This document shows, one piece after another, positions 28,575-41,939 of a DNA stretch of 64,000 nucleotides (position 1 is the stretch's first letter; each line of letters opens with the position of its first letter). Below the pieces are notes generated by a model. The model did not search any database and had not been told where the DNA came from. It was given only the letters and a program-made list of their open reading frames with translations. The translations under genes and the position numbers were made by a program. This stretch comes from a virus (taxonomy: Duplodnaviria; Caudoviricetes): the IMG/VR virus record IMGVR_UViG_3300028603_000002, positions 64,001 to 128,000 of that record. One strand, given 5' to 3'.

Positions 28575-29193
28575 TATAATTTGGTTAATTCAATTATTTC
28601 TATTATTTTTATATATGGATTGGAAAAAAGAAGTATACAAAGAAGTTTTAAAACTGGGTGGTGTATTTGAAAATTTGTCTGAAGTATCAGTTGAATATCT
28701 TCAAGTCATACATAGGATCAATAAAAAAATAGGAAATAAATTCCCAGCAACATTGGGGAATAAAGCTGAAGATTTAATTGAGATTTTTGATAATGCTCCA
28801 TTACAAATAACATTTCATAAAGCAGCATTATATACTACAACATTTGAAGAAGAGTATGGTATAAAAATGACGCCTGAATTAATGTATGATTTAGCTTGTA
28901 TAATATGTAACATAGATACGGAGGCACAATGCAGAAGAACAATATCAGCTATTTGTGGATGAATATGATGAAAGGAACATTAATAAAAAGTACGATGAAT
29001 GACGTTCTTAATGAAATAAAGAAGAAGAAACGTGGAAAAGTACGAAGAAATAAAGAAACTATACGAAAAGCTAAAACCTAATCAGCAAATCATTTTCGAT
29101 CATTATTATGATCCAAATAGATCTATATCGGTTCATTTGCATAATAGTATAGTTGAAATGCTGAAGAGATTGTAAACCAAATTTTTAAACAAT

Positions 29194-29637
29194 ATGAAAA
29201 GTTTTTTATTTACTTTATTAATGTTGTGCAGTGTTTTTGCATTTGCGCAAGAGGAACAATCCTCAAACACTCCAATTAATCAAGGTGATTTTTTGGTAGG
29301 TGCTACACAGATTTCAGGAACTTCAATTTCTGATATTGCTTTCAGTCCTTCAGTTGGATATGCAATAACAGATCAGATAGTACTTGGAGTATCTTCACTA
29401 CAAGGTGGAGACGGTGATTGGTCAGGAGGTATTTTTGGTAGATATTACTTAGATTCTCCTTTCTTTGCTGGTGCTTCTTTAGGTTATGATTCAAATACTG
29501 AAGATGCTCAAGTAGGAATTGCCGGTGGTATTACAGGATTTGTTTGTCGAACAGTATTTTTTGAACCAGTTATTAATATTGCATTTGGTGATGAAACGAC
29601 GTTTGGATTAGCATTAAACTTAGGAATTAGATTTTAA
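29194..29637 (+). CDS. small outer-membrane beta-barrel protein (Bacteroidota type)
   Basis: Signal peptide ending AFA-Q, FSPSVGY, FGRYY, FFEP, and C-terminal LGIRF (terminal Phe). Confidence 0.7.
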   Translation: MKSFLFTLLMLCSVFAFAQEEQSSNTPINQGDFLVGATQISGTSISDIAFSPSVGYAITDQIVLGVSSLQGGDGDWSGGIFGRYYLDSPFFAGASLGYDSNTEDAQVGIAGGITGFVCRTVFFEPVINIAFGDETTFGLALNLGIRF

Positions 29638-29664
29638 GTTTTCATTTTAATTGATTTATAGTGG

Positions 29665-29700
29665 ATAGGGGTGGATAGTATTATTCATCCCTATTTTTTT
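29665..29700. terminator. terminator between convergent genes
   Basis: ATAGGGGTGGATAG...TTATTCATCCCTAT followed by a T-run. Confidence 0.7.
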
Positions 29701-30110
29701 GATTTTGGTGTAATAGAAGATGTGAAAGCAATTGCATTCTCATGAAGGATTTTTGTTAAATGCTCTATTTCCTGAGTTTTTAACAATATTTCCGACTCCA
29801 GAGTAAATATCAATTTATCTTTTTCAGAAATAATGGCATCTTTTGATTCAATTGCTACTTTCAGTATTTCAACTTGATGTGATAAAGTAACAATCTTTTC
29901 ATGAAGATTTTTAATCTGATCGGTCATAGACACAATAGATGATAGATACTCGTCGGATATATTCTTAACTGTTGTAAATTCAGATGATGAAGTATCAACA
30001 TCTTTCTGACGTCTTCTAAACTTATAGAAAGCTAAGGTAGAAATAATTCCAATTAGTATATTGATTAGAGAAGTTAAATAAGGTGATAGTAAATCAATAA
30101 TTGGTTGCAT
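29691..30110 (-). CDS. membrane-anchored coiled-coil protein
   Basis: N-terminal TM helix, basic stop-transfer, heptad-rich tail. Confidence 0.6.
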   Translation of the reverse strand: MQPIIDLLSPYLTSLINILIGIISTLAFYKFRRRQKDVDTSSSEFTTVKNISDEYLSSIVSMTDQIKNLHEKIVTLSHQVEILKVAIESKDAIISEKDKLIFTLESEILLKTQEIEHLTKILHENAIAFTSSITPKSKK

Positions 30111-31484
30111 GTATATTATCTCGTTATTTTTTGTGGTGATCTCTTTAATAAATATATAGTTGTAAACCCTACTTAATGATATACAAAAAATATTTGGAAA
30201 TTTAATTTTTTTTATTTATCTTTATTGAAAATTTACATTATATGTCGAAGTATAACACTATTGATAGGAAGATTAAAGTGCATCATGTGCGACATGCTGG
30301 CAATTTATCACAATTAGAAGAAGCGATTGATAAATGTATTAGCGAAATTAAAAAATTACATGGTGATTTGTATGAAATAACCGATATACAAATAACGGGA
30401 GGCGTCGAGAACGGATGCGGACATACTGCATTCATCATTTATACAGTACCAAATTCTTGGGAAGATTCGGATGGGCCGGCTTAACATATTACTAACATAA
30501 AATATTTTAATCATGAAAGTACATTTTGAAAACAACGAAGAGTACACGTTTAAATTCTATCAGCGTTCTCCAAATTCAGTAACAAGTAAAATCAGTACAA
30601 TTGCTAAAACTAAATCGGCTATACAAAAACCAGGGACTTCTTGTGTTTTATTAAAAGGAGATCAAAAGTTGGATGAAGTGCATTTAGCATTGCATCACAA
30701 AGATAGATTTGAAAGAAAGGTTGGTAGGAAGTATGCATTAATTGAAATTATGGATAGGCAACAATTCACAAGAGAACAACGCAAGAAAATCTGGAATGAG
30801 TATCTGAAGAAACATAAAGTATAGATGAAAAATATCTGACCAGATATTTGGCTATTTGCTATATTTTACTTATCTTTATTATAGAAATAATGAAGAGATG
30901 AAATTACATACCTTTAGAAACTTGCTAATAGTAGAGATAAATGATATCAAAAAGATGTCCACTCCAGATGAATTAGCAAGATTAACTACCGAGAACCTAC
31001 AGAGCACGAGTCTAACGCATTCAATTTTTGGGCAGTTAACTGGATACTCATTATCAGATAGAGCCCAGGATATTCAACCTAAAGTGTTTGGAGGGTTAAA
31101 TTTTACACACAGTGATGGTTGGAAGTTAGATATAGAAGCAGGACAATATACTATACTTGAAAGGTATATGATGCTAGCAAACAAAACATCCCAGGAAAAT
31201 GTTATTAGATATTTAAAGGGTGAAGTGGACACTCTAATCCTAGATTTCACGAACATATCACAATATTTAGTAAACGATGAGACAATATAAGAAATGGGAT
31301 GATGTAGAGAAAGGGTGCAAAGCATTGATAAGATGGATAGTTAGTTGTGAAACGAAGGAGCAGTTGAGAAATGTCGGGTTATTTGCAGCTAAGTATATCG
31401 ATACAATACCTGATTATTATATAAATATGCGTATTCTATCAAATTACATAGGTAGGATTATTCAAGCACTTGACATGAAAAAAG

Positions 31485-32117
31485 ATGAAATCAGACGAGC
31501 GACAAAAAATTCATGATTTTGCTAAAGTTAATTTAGCCAATTACAATTATACTATCATAGATTTTATAATTGACGCACATGGCGATCAAAAACGCAAATA
31601 TACAGGTGAACCATATGTATATCACCCTATACAGGTTTCTTCTATTTGTGAAAAGTATGGTATTGATTTATATGGGTGCATTGCTGCATTGTTGCATGAT
31701 GTTGTGGAAGATACCGACCGTGGTTTTAATGATATACATAACATGCTAACTACTGTACTGGTTAAAAGACGTTCTATCAGTTTCGTAATGAAATACGTTA
31801 TTGATTTAACTGATGTTTATGATAAAACAGCATATCCGGAATTAAATCGGAGAGAACGTAAATCATTAGAAAGGAATAGATTGGCTCAAATAGATTCAGT
31901 TTCACAATCTATTAAATACGCAGATATCATACATAATACATCTTCAATTATATTACACGATCCTAATTTTGCTAAAGTATATCTGAAAGAAATAAAAGAT
32001 ACATTGGAGGTAATGAATACTGGAGATTTTGAAATGTATGAAAATTGTTGTGATTTAGTTCAAAGAGGAATTGAAATGTTACAATCAGGCATATCAATAA
32101 AAAATGCAAACAATTAA
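31485..32117 (+). CDS. HD-domain hydrolase (SpoT/Mesh1-like small alarmone hydrolase)
   Basis: AHGDQKRKYTGEPYVYHP, ALLHDVVEDT and IKYADIIHN motifs. Confidence 0.85.
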   Translation: MKSDERQKIHDFAKVNLANYNYTIIDFIIDAHGDQKRKYTGEPYVYHPIQVSSICEKYGIDLYGCIAALLHDVVEDTDRGFNDIHNMLTTVLVKRRSISFVMKYVIDLTDVYDKTAYPELNRRERKSLERNRLAQIDSVSQSIKYADIIHNTSSIILHDPNFAKVYLKEIKDTLEVMNTGDFEMYENCCDLVQRGIEMLQSGISIKNANN

Positions 32118-32848
32118 TATCATGAAAATATTATTCCCAAAAACATTTGCTTATAAGTATAAGCATTTGGGGTATTCATATACTGGATCCATACCAGGAC
32201 CGTGGGAAGAACCAGTTCAAGAATTTTTAAAGTATATAGAAAGAAAGAGTTGGCCTAAATACCTACCCAGATTCATTTGTCGAGCTATACATTATTTGGC
32301 ATATCAAAGAGGTGGGTCATATTGGATACGATATAATTATTGGTATAATCTTCGAACTGAAATTACTAAACATATTATCATATATGATATCAAAGAAAAG
32401 TTTGGTGGAATAAGAATATATGGTATTTTTTCAGATGAAATAAATAATGAGCTGGATAAGCTTGAGAATAAATTAGATCACATATGTTCAAATTGCGGAA
32501 TGGAAAGTGAATATGTAAAAATAACTAGTATTAATGGGTGGTATCAAACTGCATGTCCTATTTGTAAACATATGAATAAAAGCTATGTATCATGTTAACA
32601 TTAAAAGATTTATTGTTATTGGGATTTCAAAGAAATTTTGTACCGAGAAGCGAATCGGGAGATATATCATTTCATTATTTCACATATAGAATTGGAAATG
32701 ATCATGAGGAATTTTGTTTAATAACAAATTCAAGTGATTATTGGGATGATGATGGTATTGAAGTACAAATATTTGATTACACGATTTTCAAATATGATAA
32801 CATAACAGAATTAAGAAATTTAATATTTTGTTTAGAAACAGGAGTAAA

Positions 32849-33358
32849 ATGAAGAAGAAATTATTAATAATTGGAGATGCCAGATGGGGCAAGGATACTG
32901 TAGCTAAAATATTTAGAAACAAGTATGGATTCTCGTTTAAAAGCTCATCTGTAGCAGCTGCTGAAATATTCATTTTCGACACACTTAAAGAGGAATGTGG
33001 TTACAAGACTATTGAAGAATGTTTTAATGATATGAAAACAAGCCCGGAACTAAGGGCGAAATGGCATAATCTCATAGCTGAATATAATAAGGACGATCCT
33101 GCTAGATTAGCTAAAGAGATATTGAAAGACAATGATTGTTATGTTGGAATGAGATCTGGTATAGAAATTGATGAATGCAAAAAACAAAATATTTTTGATT
33201 TAATTATTTGGGTGGATGCATCAAAAAGATTACCTCCGGAATCTCGAACATCAACTAATATCGATTCATCATACGCGGATGTTATCATTGACAATAATGG
33301 AAGTGAAGATAAATTAGAACCACAAATAGATGAAATTTATAACAAGTATCTAAAATAA
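32849..33358 (+). CDS. dNMP kinase-like P-loop protein
   Basis: IIGDARWGKDT, YVGMR, IWVDA and D.IIDNNG motifs. Confidence 0.75.
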   Translation: MKKKLLIIGDARWGKDTVAKIFRNKYGFSFKSSSVAAAEIFIFDTLKEECGYKTIEECFNDMKTSPELRAKWHNLIAEYNKDDPARLAKEILKDNDCYVGMRSGIEIDECKKQNIFDLIIWVDASKRLPPESRTSTNIDSSYADVIIDNNGSEDKLEPQIDEIYNKYLK

Positions 33359-35565
33359 CAAATCGTGATTAAATTAAGAAAAAATCACATTACAGTTAGG
33401 TTATTCAGGATGCTAAAGAACCAAACATAATCATTGAATGGTGGAAAGGTTTTAAAGGAAAGTATTGCACTCAAGTAAAGATTGTGAGCTAATAAGTCAA
33501 CTAAAAATTTGGTAATCTGATAAAGATTCATTATCTTTAATATGAATAAAAAACCTAAAGCACATGAAATACAATCTAGTTTTTAATCCAATTGATGGTG
33601 ACTTAGAAATCCTTACGGATAGCAGCTATTACTTTCAACAATTCAAAGATACATTGGAGGTATTAGCATCCGGGACTAAGAGTGAAATGGAAGATTTGAA
33701 AAGAGCAATTCAAAATGCAGAAAATGCAAGAAGATGAATAACGTAAAAATAACTGATCTAGATATCAGTAAAGTAGCATCTGGTACGTATAAAGTTGGGT
33801 ATGAGGGTAAGTATACAACTACTCATGATTCGTTGTTATACGATGACCTAATGACGGTTAAAGATGCTGGGGGATTAAAGAACCTATATGCATCTGAATT
33901 AAGTGAATTATATCACGAAGATCCAATACAAACAGTGTTGGACTTATTGTAAAAATACATGAAACTATATTTCGTTAAAATTGATCTTAATAGCATCAAA
34001 AAAAATAAAGATGCGGGTAGCTGTCAAACTCTTATTCCAGGTCCATGGGATATAAGATTTAAAGCAAAAACCTTACCTGAATATATGATAGAGGGGAAGA
34101 ATTGTCTTGTGACTGAATATGACGTCATGAATGGTAAACGTATAAATGTAAAAGGATTCATTATAGATCCGCATATAATAGACGAATTTTGTAATGATGA
34201 TAGGTGTATGAGTATTGTTAGTGAAAGAAAAGTACACCGAATAAACCATTCACTAATTCCAGAATATTCATACATGTATGAAAATATAGAGATAGAATGT
34301 TGTCACTGTAATTCGACAATTATGACAGATGATTTAGAAACAACATGTGGGTATGTTGATGGATTAGAAATTTACGAAGACAGATGTTGCCCTGAATGTG
34401 GTGAATCTAATTGTTGTGAATTGGAATATGAAAAAATTAATAATGCAATAGAAAGGAAAAAGATATCATGAGTAACAAAATTCAAAGTACAAATTCTATC
34501 CGTGTATATGAGCTTAATGGAAAAGAATGTCTACCATATGAATCATTTGATAAAATAATTGTAGAAAATCACTGGAATAGAAAGGCATTTGTTGTTTTAG
34601 AAGTTGCCGGTAAGAAATATACTGTATCTGCCGATCATCTGAAAAGAGCAATTCAAAATGCAGAAAATGCAAATGATTAAGTATGAATAATAACAATACA
34701 ATATGTTGTGATACATTTAGAAAAATGTTATCTGCATTTCAATGGTTTACATATACTGAAGAAGATTCTGATACAATGTTAATGCCTTGTATAGAAGTTA
34801 ATGGTATGAAGTGGAGAGTGAATCATTGTCCTTCATGCGGAAAGGAAGTTAGAAATGTCTTAATATCAAAAGATGAGTATCGAGAATCTACTTTAAATGT
34901 TCTAATGGAAAAGGAGAAATTGAATAATGCTAAAATGTAATTGTGATGTATAACTATATAGTAGGAGCAAACAATCCTGAATCTCCAGATGCCTATCATC
35001 TAAGTCATGAAAATTACTATTCTGAATTAGAGTTTAATGAGTTGGTAAGCAATGTATTTGCCGAAGCATATGAATTGGTTGATAAGAGATTTAACGCATC
35101 AACAGAGGTAACTGAAAAAGCAGTTGAATTATTACTACAAAATCATGGATTTGAAAAAACACATATTACAGCTAGTTTCTGGGTTGAATATAATATTGAT
35201 ATGAATGTCAATGGGTACGGCTTCGATTATGATGAACAAGGAGATTTAGTTAGAGAGAAGATTAGATTAAGAAAACAGAAATTGGAGTAATCAATGCAAT
35301 ACACATATAAAGACATTATATTACTAGCTGAACAACCTACTGTTTCTATAGAATCTACATTAGAAGCATTGGTTGGATTAGGTTATTGTCCGAATCTGTT
35401 AAGTGATGATAATGGTCATTGGGCTGTTACATTTGATGGGTTGCAGAATGTTCCATTTGGAGAAGAAGCTGTAGACATGGTAACAACAATGTTCGTTGAA
35501 GCTACAGCATGGAAGGATACTATTCGTGAAGCTTTATTATACGCACTTAAACAAGATGAAGAAGA

Positions 35566-35961
35566 ATGAAGATGATAACTAAATTAGAACCCAATGAAAT
35601 CTTTGTATTCGGAAGTAACTTAAGAGGAATACATGGAGCGGGTGCAGCTAAACAAGCATTGAAATGGGGAGCTGTAATGCACAACCCGTTTGGACTGCAA
35701 GGGCAGACATTTGCTATTCCCACTAAAGATGTGAACATTGAAACATTGCCACTTTATAAGATAAATGTCTATGTTTCTATGTTTCAAATAACAGCAAAGG
35801 CCAATGAATCAAAACTTAGATTCTTGGTGACTCCAATTGGCTGTGGATTAGCAGGATATACTCCTGAGGATATTGCTCCAATGTTTAAAGGATGTTTAGA
35901 ATTAGATAATGTAGTCTTACCTGATGAATTTTTAAAAGTGTTGAAAGATGAAAGAGATTAA
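35566..35961 (+). CDS. macro-domain-like phage protein (A1S_2505 family)
   Basis: IFVFGSNLRGIHGAGAA, FAIPT and VTPIGCGLAG motifs. Confidence 0.75.
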   Translation: MKMITKLEPNEIFVFGSNLRGIHGAGAAKQALKWGAVMHNPFGLQGQTFAIPTKDVNIETLPLYKINVYVSMFQITAKANESKLRFLVTPIGCGLAGYTPEDIAPMFKGCLELDNVVLPDEFLKVLKDERD

Positions 35962-36160
35962 GTTCAGGTATTGGAATTACATGAAAAAAGAAATGACGTA
36001 TCAGGATATTCACGGAATGGTGTTAGGAAAGATGGGTACTAACATAGATGAGAAATATCTAATGCAGTTTACTGGGTTAAAAGATAAAAAGGGTAAAGAC
36101 ATTTATGAAGGAGATATCGTAAAAGCAACAGACTATAGAAGTGGCCAGATTGCGGGATGA
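35948..36160 (+). CDS. YopX-family protein, short or truncated
   Basis: MKEIKFR.W and LMQFTGLKDKKGKDIYEGDIV motifs. Confidence 0.7.
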   Translation: MKEIKFRYWNYMKKEMTYQDIHGMVLGKMGTNIDEKYLMQFTGLKDKKGKDIYEGDIVKATDYRSGQIAG

Positions 36161-36957
36161 TATTGACCTTCTGCTTGCTGATGCTGAATATAATCAAAGT
36201 AAATATATAAATTATGAATGACAAGAAAATATCATTAGGTGAAGAAGTACTCCAATGGGCTGAAAAGAACTGGGCGTTGGATAAACTAATTAAAGGAGAG
36301 ATGCCAGAAGGATCGGAGAGTGTATCATACGACCATCTACGAAGGGTGTTGGTAAATGTAATCAATAGAACTGCGGAAGAACGCATCATTCAACACATGA
36401 AGTTACAAGCATGTCTGCCGGACCAAGTCTTAGTACATTGGGTTCGGATGTTGGTCTGCAGTCCATAACAGGAACTCAACAACCACCAGACGCACACGGA
36501 TTAAATGATTGACAATGAATGAAGAAATTTTAATAACAGATACATCACTTATTGCGTTAGGAGTAATTGCACTTTCTGGTATTATCATATACTTAATGGT
36601 CATTTATTTCAAAACTAAAAATAAGCTCGAACAATATGAAAACGCAGAACATATTGTACTTTGTAAAGAAATTGATCTCGATCCTAATATTCCCGACATA
36701 CGAATCACTCTCCTAGAAGAAATTGGACCTAATGATTGGTGGGATGTTCCTAGATTCTTACCACCGAAAGGTGAAGAAGTTCAGTTTACTTGTTACATGA
36801 AAGATACGGATAGTTTTACTGATATAAAACAAGGGTGGTGGGAAGGTGGTTATACTGCTAATCCAAATGTTCTTGTAATGAAGTATGAAGATGAAGAGGA
36901 CTGGTTACCATGCACACATTTTAGATATTTACCTGAATACCCAAATGTAAAGAAAAA

Positions 36958-37311
36958 ATGATAAAATCAGGTGTAACTAGAATAGTATTCATAAGCAAGA
37001 ATAGAGTATACAAAATACCTAACATTAAATCATATAGACAATTCTTAAATGGGTTGTTAGCTAATATGAATGAAGTAAGTTGGTGGAGAGATTCATCACA
37101 AGATATGAAAAATCTATTATGCCCAGTAAAATGGTATTTTCCATTTGGTTTATTGGTAGTAATGTCAAGAGCTGAAGAATTGAAACCACCTATTATAGAT
37201 GACAATGAAATATTTGATAATCTAATAGAAAACAATTTACCATATGATCCTAACCCTGAAAACTTTGGAAAATATAAAGGTAAAATAGTTTGTATAGATT
37301 ATGGAAGTTAG
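36958..37311 (+). CDS. minimal protein-kinase-like protein
   Basis: GVTRIV, KIP and D..PENFG....IVCIDYG motifs. Confidence 0.5.
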   Translation: MIKSGVTRIVFISKNRVYKIPNIKSYRQFLNGLLANMNEVSWWRDSSQDMKNLLCPVKWYFPFGLLVVMSRAEELKPPIIDDNEIFDNLIENNLPYDPNPENFGKYKGKIVCIDYGS

Positions 37312-37312
37312 A

Positions 37313-37678
37313 ATGAAAATAGTATACATTGCACATCCAATAAGCGGAAATATTTCAGAAAATTTGCGAAAAATACAGGAAATTGGTAGACAAATTAATC
37401 TTGAAGAACCTAACGTAGTACCATTTGCACCTTACTTTTTTGATTGTCATGCATTGGATGATAATATATTAGAAGAAAGAGAGCGTGGAATTAAAAATAA
37501 TATTGCTTTGATATCTAAAGGATTTATTGATGAAGTAAGATTATATGGTAATAGAATTAGTTGCGGAATGCATGAAGAAATAAAATTAGCCAATACATTA
37601 GGCATTAAAATAGTACCAATGACCATCGAGACAAAATATGCATTAAATAAAATGAAAGAATATGAAAAACTTACCTGA
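37313..37678 (+). CDS. DUF4406/nucleoside deoxyribosyltransferase-like protein
   Basis: VYIAHP and ISCGMHEEI motifs. Confidence 0.65.
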   Translation: MKIVYIAHPISGNISENLRKIQEIGRQINLEEPNVVPFAPYFFDCHALDDNILEERERGIKNNIALISKGFIDEVRLYGNRISCGMHEEIKLANTLGIKIVPMTIETKYALNKMKEYEKLT

Positions 37679-40600
37679 AGGAATGAAGAAGTTTTGTAAT
37701 TGGATATTTGGTAAGAAAGAAAATAAACCAAAAAACTTTGAAATTAGTCTTGGTGAAAGAGATGAAAAAGGTTTCTGCGATACATATCTAAATGGTAAGA
37801 AAACTGGAATAAGAATGCTTGTCTTTACACCGGAACAAATGGATAAATTTCATAAAATAGAACAAAAAATACACGATGATGTTAACAGAAGAACAAATTA
37901 AACAGAACGATCATATATCTACCGAAGAAATAAATCGTGATATAGAAGATACAAAAAGGGAAATTAATCAAATGGAAGAAGAACTTTCAATTTTTAAAAA
38001 AGATTATACGAGAAATAGATTAGATATTATGAAACGCGAAGTTGGAATAACTAATAGAACTGAATTTATTAAAAAATTAGAATCTATATTAGAGTATAGA
38101 AAAAAGAATAATTATGAAACAAATATCATACACGGAAACAGTAATATGTAGATTGGTGTATCTACTATCTCTATTATCTTACTTAATATTGAATCCTGGG
38201 TTTAATCAATATGTAGGAATAGCATTATTCGCTCTTTCTGGGTACTATTACTTCAATGTCCTTGAGAGTAAAAAGAAGGTCTGGTATCTTATACCCCTTT
38301 CTATTTTCGGCTTGTTAGGAGCGAGTATACAGGGTAGTTGGAATGATGTTCCGTTATATGTTTTTGGTTTAGTATTAGCGTATATTGACATAAAATGGGC
38401 TTGCTACTGCTGCGAGTAGTCATTTACCTTTACTCTTTTACTATTCTTCCAACCTACCTTTTCCATAATTTTCTTATTAGATTAAATATTAAAATTTCTA
38501 ATTTATTCATCGTCAAGTGCTCAATGAAATCTTCAAGGTGTTTCTTTTTGAGAAGATTATATTTTTCATTCGTGATAGATCTGTTACTAATAACATTATA
38601 ATAGAATGCTTCATTATAAACAAATTCTGGGATGTATTTATCTCCATAATCTGCTATTTTATTAATTGTTTCTTTTAGTAATTTACGATTAGTGATATTG
38701 GCATGACTACAAATGTAAAATCTACCACTATAGGCATAGGATAGTATAGCATTACTATCATAATGCCTTATACGATCATTATCAATGGCGTATTGCAAAT
38801 CTTCTAATATATATTTCGTCATTGCAAGTATAGAATATTTATTCATAACATTATTTTTCTTCTTCAAACCACCCTATTTTTCTAACGATTTGGCAATTAT
38901 AACAATATGATACGCCATCAATTAAACACCATTGATCTATACAATAACTTATATGCCTTCTGTCTCCACATCCACCGCATTCTATAATATCCTTATCATG
39001 CTTTTTCAATTCCTCTTCGGCTTCTAGAAACTTTTGTTGTACATGATCTGGTCCGTCCCTCCATGTTTTACCTGTAACCTCATCCCAAACATCAATGATG
39101 TATTTAACTGCTTCAATACATTTATTCATATTAATTGTTTATCTTGTAAGTAACATGATATTCGCATATTCATATCTTAGTTCTTTTTGCATTTCCATGA
39201 TTAGTTTATTTTATTATACTTCCCATTTATTAAGTGGATTCCAAACACGCGTATTGTCAGCACCTACAAATGATAAATAATAACCGTCTATCATTCGTAT
39301 TATTACTATATACCCTGTTAGACACATATCTATATCACCTTCAGTAATTCTGTCTGCTATATAAGGCGATCCTTCTTCACCAATAATTAGATATTTAGTT
39401 TTTATCATTCCACCTATTTTCTATTTCGCTGTTGCCTTGCAAGTATTGTTGTTTGTTTAATTCAAGTTTATATTAATACCCATTACTCGTGCTTTTGTTC
39501 GAGTTTCTTTTACCAATCTATCTATTTCGATAGCTTTATCTTCTGGGATGTTATTTACATCTTCATTTTTCAAGATAGCTTCAATTTTATCTAACAATCC
39601 TAGTATCATTTTATCACCAGGTCCTGAGGGTCCTAATATTATGGTCTTCAAAAATGATATTTGAGCATCATGAATTTTCTTTGCTATTGTCATCAGTTTC
39701 GAAAGAGCAGGATCATTATTACACCCCAACTCTTGCATTAATTGAATCATGTGCACAGGTCCTAACAACTCTAAAGTTGCTGTTGATAATACTTCGTGGT
39801 AATCATTGCTTCGTGATAGCCACAACTCCAATGTTTTTTGATACTTCATAATAATGTTTTTATTATTCTGTTCTTAATTTGATAATAAAGATAAGTAAAC
39901 ACTTTCATTTATCCAAATATTTAGCAGAAAAAAAATATTTCGCGATAAATTTGGTAGTTTCATATACTTTCATTATCTTTATTATGTAATAGAAGAAAAT
40001 CAATTATGAAAGACAAGCAAAAAGTACCAAAGTATTACATTATGAAAGCCGCTACAAAGCTTAAAAATAAGGATAATACTGATAACAAGATAAAAATGAT
40101 TGAAGAATTAGCATTGAAGCTATACTTAGATGATGAGAAGTATAGAGCCAGGATGTTGAAGCTTCAACACAAAGAAAACAGAGGAATCTAAACATAAACC
40201 TATAACACATTAAAAATGGAATATTTAGCATTTAACAAGGACAATGAAAAAGTCAACTCATTTAACACAACTGATAAATATCAGTTAATGGAATTGTTAA
40301 TGGAGCATAATAGCAAAGTGTTCCAAAAAGGAAAAGATTTAGGTAGCAAGATGATTACAAAGATTGTCGATGTTACTGGAAAAGTAGTGCTGAGAAAAAA
40401 TTAATCAGCAAGTTGGCTAAATTTGTTGCTCGCCCTTAACTACGCCCTGAGCATGGCGTTAAACTGTTCTTTTCAGAATAAAATTCCGTACTAAAATTAA
40501 TTTAAAAACAAAATGAAAGCAATTTTAATTGACGAATTGGTGAAAGACCAATCAACAACAGAACAAGTATCAGTAGTGATTGGAGGTAAAAAATTAGAGG

Positions 40601-41176
40601 GTTGGCAAATTGCTAAACCGCTTAATTACGAAAAGAAACACACCACATTAAAGGAACGATTTGCTATGGCAAAGAAAGTGTTATTTGGAAAAGCAATAGC
40701 GGTGCAATTTTTTACCGACTTGACCGAAGAAGAGAAAATTGCGTATGTAAAAACACAACTTCCAAACGAAGTAGTAACGTAGCTATCGGCTATAATATCC
40801 CTATAACCTTAACGTACAAGTTGTAAACGCCTTTAAAGTAGAATTTGAGGTATGAAAAAACTAACTAAAAAACAGATAAAAATGATTGCGACAATGCACT
40901 CTGCAATGCACTTAGCAGGGGTGGACTTCTTTATGTTCGACCAACATTGTAACGCAACAGTTGATGAGCAATCATTGATTTTGAAAGAAATACATTCTAT
41001 AGCAGAAAAATTATCTAAAGGGGAGGCAATGAATTTAGGTTCAACGGAAAATATAATTAATTACGTGCGTGGGAAATTTTAATTTATTTCCTATAACACC
41101 CGTATAAACTTAACTACCCACAGCGATAGGCTGAACGCTAGCGGGACGGGTATAAACAAAGTAAAACGAACGAATT

Positions 41177-41320
41177 ATGGAAATAACAATTAATTTACCT
41201 GAATGGATTGCTTACATAGGTGTAATTTTAATAGCACTATGGGCAACAGATAAAACACTATTACTTATAAAAAAGTGGTATGAATGGAGAATACGCAAAT
41301 TGAAAGACAAAAGTAAGTGA
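41177..41320 (+). CDS. 47-aa membrane peptide (cassette gene)
   Basis: MEITINLPEWIAYIGVILIALWA... Below the ORF-track cutoff. Confidence 0.55.
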   Translation: MEITINLPEWIAYIGVILIALWATDKTLLLIKKWYEWRIRKLKDKSK

Positions 41321-41635
41321 GTGTATGAGTAGGGAGATTTATTAACGAAAACTTTAACAAAATGACAAAGCAAGATTTTGACAGATATTTAGATTATTTA
41401 ACGTCTGAAACTGGATATGACTTTAATAAAGTGCAAAAAGCATTTGCATACCAAGCAGCTAAAAAGTACCATGAGCAAGCCTTACGCAAGCACGATGCTG
41501 TAGAGCGAAGTGAACAGTGTTGCTCACCTACCGATGGTTTTTATTTAGGAACTACTTGTCCGCATTGCAACAAACCTTTCAGAAAGGATATAAAGTGAGC
41601 AACACTGCCTACAACACCCGTATAAACTAAACATC

Positions 41636-41803
41636 ATGAAAGTAAAAGAGCTAATTAAAGAGCTTCAAAAGCAAGACCCGGAAAAGGAGGTAATGATACA
41701 GCAGGGCGAAGAATTTGACTACATGTCGATTCAAACTGTAAAAGAAATGTATGTAGATATGGACGAGGAGATGATTCTATCCGTCGTTATCAAACATTCC
41801 TGA
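41636..41803 (+). CDS. 55-aa hypothetical protein (cassette gene)
   Basis: MKVKELIKELQKQDPEKEV..., starting 4 nt after a repeat copy. Confidence 0.6.
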   Translation: MKVKELIKELQKQDPEKEVMIQQGEEFDYMSIQTVKEMYVDMDEEMILSVVIKHS

Positions 41804-41807
41804 TTGC

Positions 41808-41939
41808 TGCCAACGGTTCGCAGCTATATTTAGTTGCGGATTTAGAACCACAAAACTTTAAGATTAGATAAAATGAAAATGAAAAAAGAAAATTTGGATA
41901 ACCTACAAAAACCGCAATTGAATATAGCTGCTGTTAGCA
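41808..41939. mobile_element. attC-like recombination hairpin overlapping the start of the 41873 gene
   Basis: AAC(41812)..GCAGCTATATTTAGTTGCGG / CCGCAATTGAATATAGCTGC..GTT(41933). Confidence 0.7.
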
